Positions 62,141 through 64,000 of a stretch of DNA of 64,000 bases are shown one piece after another. The notes under the pieces were generated by a model. That model did not search any database. It worked only from the letters and a program-made list of their open reading frames with translations, and was not told the origin of the DNA. A program made the position numbers and the translations under genes. The DNA is from Rebecca billardiae RCC1528 (taxonomy: Eukaryota; Protista; Haptophyta), in assembly GCA_965240325.2 (NCBI GenBank), contig OZ251246.1, positions 496,001-560,000 of the forward strand. The letters are read 5' to 3'. How positions within the stretch are numbered: the first letter of the stretch is position 1; each line of letters begins with the position of its first letter.

Positions 62141-63720
62141 ATGTCGCACCGGTGCGTACCCGCGACGCGTGGACTCGCGCGGGCGCGGAGGGCCGCGTCG
62201 CCGACGGAGCCCGCGCTGATCCGAGCCTTGCACGGGCTGCGCCGTGACCCGCTCCCCCCCACCCCTCCCGCGCGCAGCAAGTTCGAGCACCCGCGCTGCG
62301 GATCGCTCGGCTTCCTGCCGAAGAAGCGCGCGCGCCGGCAGCGCGGCCGCATCAAGAAGTTCCCGAAGGATGACTCGGCGAAGCCGCCGCACCTGACGGC
62401 GTTCCTGGGGTACAAGGCGGGCATGACGCACATCATGCGCGAGGTCGACAAGCCGGGCTCGAAGCTCCACAAGAAGGAGGTCGTCGAGGCCGTCTCGATC
62501 ATCGAGACGCCGCCGATGGTGGTCGTCGGCCTCGTCGGCTACGTGCGCACCGCGCAGGGCCTGCGCTGCCTCACGACGGTGTGGGCGCAGCACCTCTCGG
62601 AGGAGTGCAAGCGGCGCTTCTACAAGAACTGGTACCAGGCCAAGAAGAAGGCCTTCACCAAGTACGCCAAGAAGGCGGCGGAGGACCCGAAGGTGCGGCG
62701 CGCGCGCGCGACGGCGCGCACCGCCGCCGCCGCGGCGACGCCTCGCGCTGCCCTGCGCCGCGGCGACCGCCGCCGCGTTGGGGCGCGCTCGGTTCTGACG
62801 CGTGTCGCGCCGCTTGCCCCCGCGCGCCGCGCGCCGTGCCGCAGATCATGGAGACCGAGCTCGAGCGCATCCGCAACTACTGCGAGGTCGTGCGCGTGAT
62901 CACGCACACGCAGATCCGCAAGGTGAAGCTGCAGCAGAAGAAGGCGCACATCGCGGAGATCCAGGTGAACGGCGGCTCGGTGGCGGACAAGGTGGACTTC
63001 GGCGTGAAGCTGCTCGAGAAGTCGGTGCCGGTGGACTCGGTCTTCGCGCAGGTGCGTGCCGCCGCGCGGAGCGCGCGCCGCGCCGCTGCCGCGCGGCGCG
63101 CGCCAACGCGCACCAACGCGCATGTGAGACTCTCACCCCTGCCCGCCCCGCCGCGCGCCCGCACCGCTCGTCCGCTCGGCGCGCAGAACGAGATGATCGA
63201 CGTGATCGGCGTCTCGAAGGGCCACGGCTTCGAGGGCGTGGTCACGCGCTGGGGCGTCACGCGCCTCCCGCGCAAGACGCACCGCGGGCTGCGCAAGGTG
63301 GCGTGCATCGGCGCGTGGCACCCGGCCAAGGTGCAGTGGTCGGTCGCGCGCGCCGGCCAGCACGGCTACCACCACCGCACCGAGCTGAACAAGAAGGTGT
63401 ACCGCATCGGCAAGAGCGACGACCCGAACAACGCGACGACCGACTTCGACCTGACCGAGAAGTCGATCACGCCCGTCGGCGCCTTCCCGCACTACGGTCA
63501 GGTCAACGAGGACTTCGTCATGGTGAAGGGGTGCGTCGTCGGCCCGCGCAAGCGCGTGCTCACGCTGCGCAAGTCGCTGCTCGAGCAGACCTCGCGCGCG
63601 GCGCTCGAGGAGGTCAAGCTCAAGTTCATCGACACCTCGTCCAAGTTTGGGCACGGGCGCTTCCAGACGATCGACGAGAAGACCAAGTTCATGGGCATGC
63701 GCAAGCGCAAGATCGCCTAA
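62141..63720 (+). CDS. RPL3: 60S ribosomal protein L3 (uL3)
   Basis: Exons 62141-62151, 62278-62692, 62845-63051, 63187-63720. Motifs [51 protein letters not shown]. Confidence 0.99.
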
Positions 63721-64000
63721 GCGGTTGCCAGGCCCGACCCCGCCCGGTCTGCGGCCATGCGAGCCGCCACGCCGCCGCCACGCACGGGGCCCGCCCGTGG
63801 GCGTCTCAGTGATCTCAGTCTGGCACGGGCGGCTCCGGACCCGGCGGCACCCGCGCGGCGTGAGTTGCGAGTCCGCGCTGGGCTGCCCCGACGTAAATAG
63901 CCGCCTGTCACCAATTAACTATTAAGAACTATATTTATAATAAATTAATATACTTTTTAAAAAAGACAATTATGATTCTCGGACTTGCCGCGAGAGTGAA

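Overview
Very GC-rich, gene-dense eukaryotic nuclear DNA with short GC-rich spliceosomal introns (donor usually GTGCG, acceptor usually GCAG). Bipartite plastid-targeting leaders and base composition suggest an alga with a secondary plastid, probably a haptophyte such as Pavlovales (inference). I support about 23 protein genes: GH81 glucanase, DXR, two sulfotransferase-like proteins, GT61, a CAMTA-like factor, patatin, an EsV-1-7 repeat protein, globin, an OPR-like/methyltransferase fusion, ZMYND10-like, MAPEG, a DUF6492-like protein, DsbA-like, SpoU, two tandem TKL kinases, a methyltransferase-like hypothetical, a 2OG oxygenase, an NAD(P)-binding protein, TRF4-like polymerase, a double glycosyltransferase and RPL3. 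RNA genes are U5 snRNA, initiator tRNA-Met and, as the top finding, a circularly permuted tRNA-Pro gene at about 31.74-31.87 kb. In that gene the 3' half lies before the 5' half, the leader and trailer are complementary, and there is an upstream TATA and a downstream T-run. The intergenic DNA also holds three different non-autonomous TIR transposons with target-site duplications, plus four 3'-end fragments of one probable non-LTR retroelement family lying in TA-rich sites. Most long ORFs in the supplied track are GC-rich shadow frames. Exon boundaries were read by eye.
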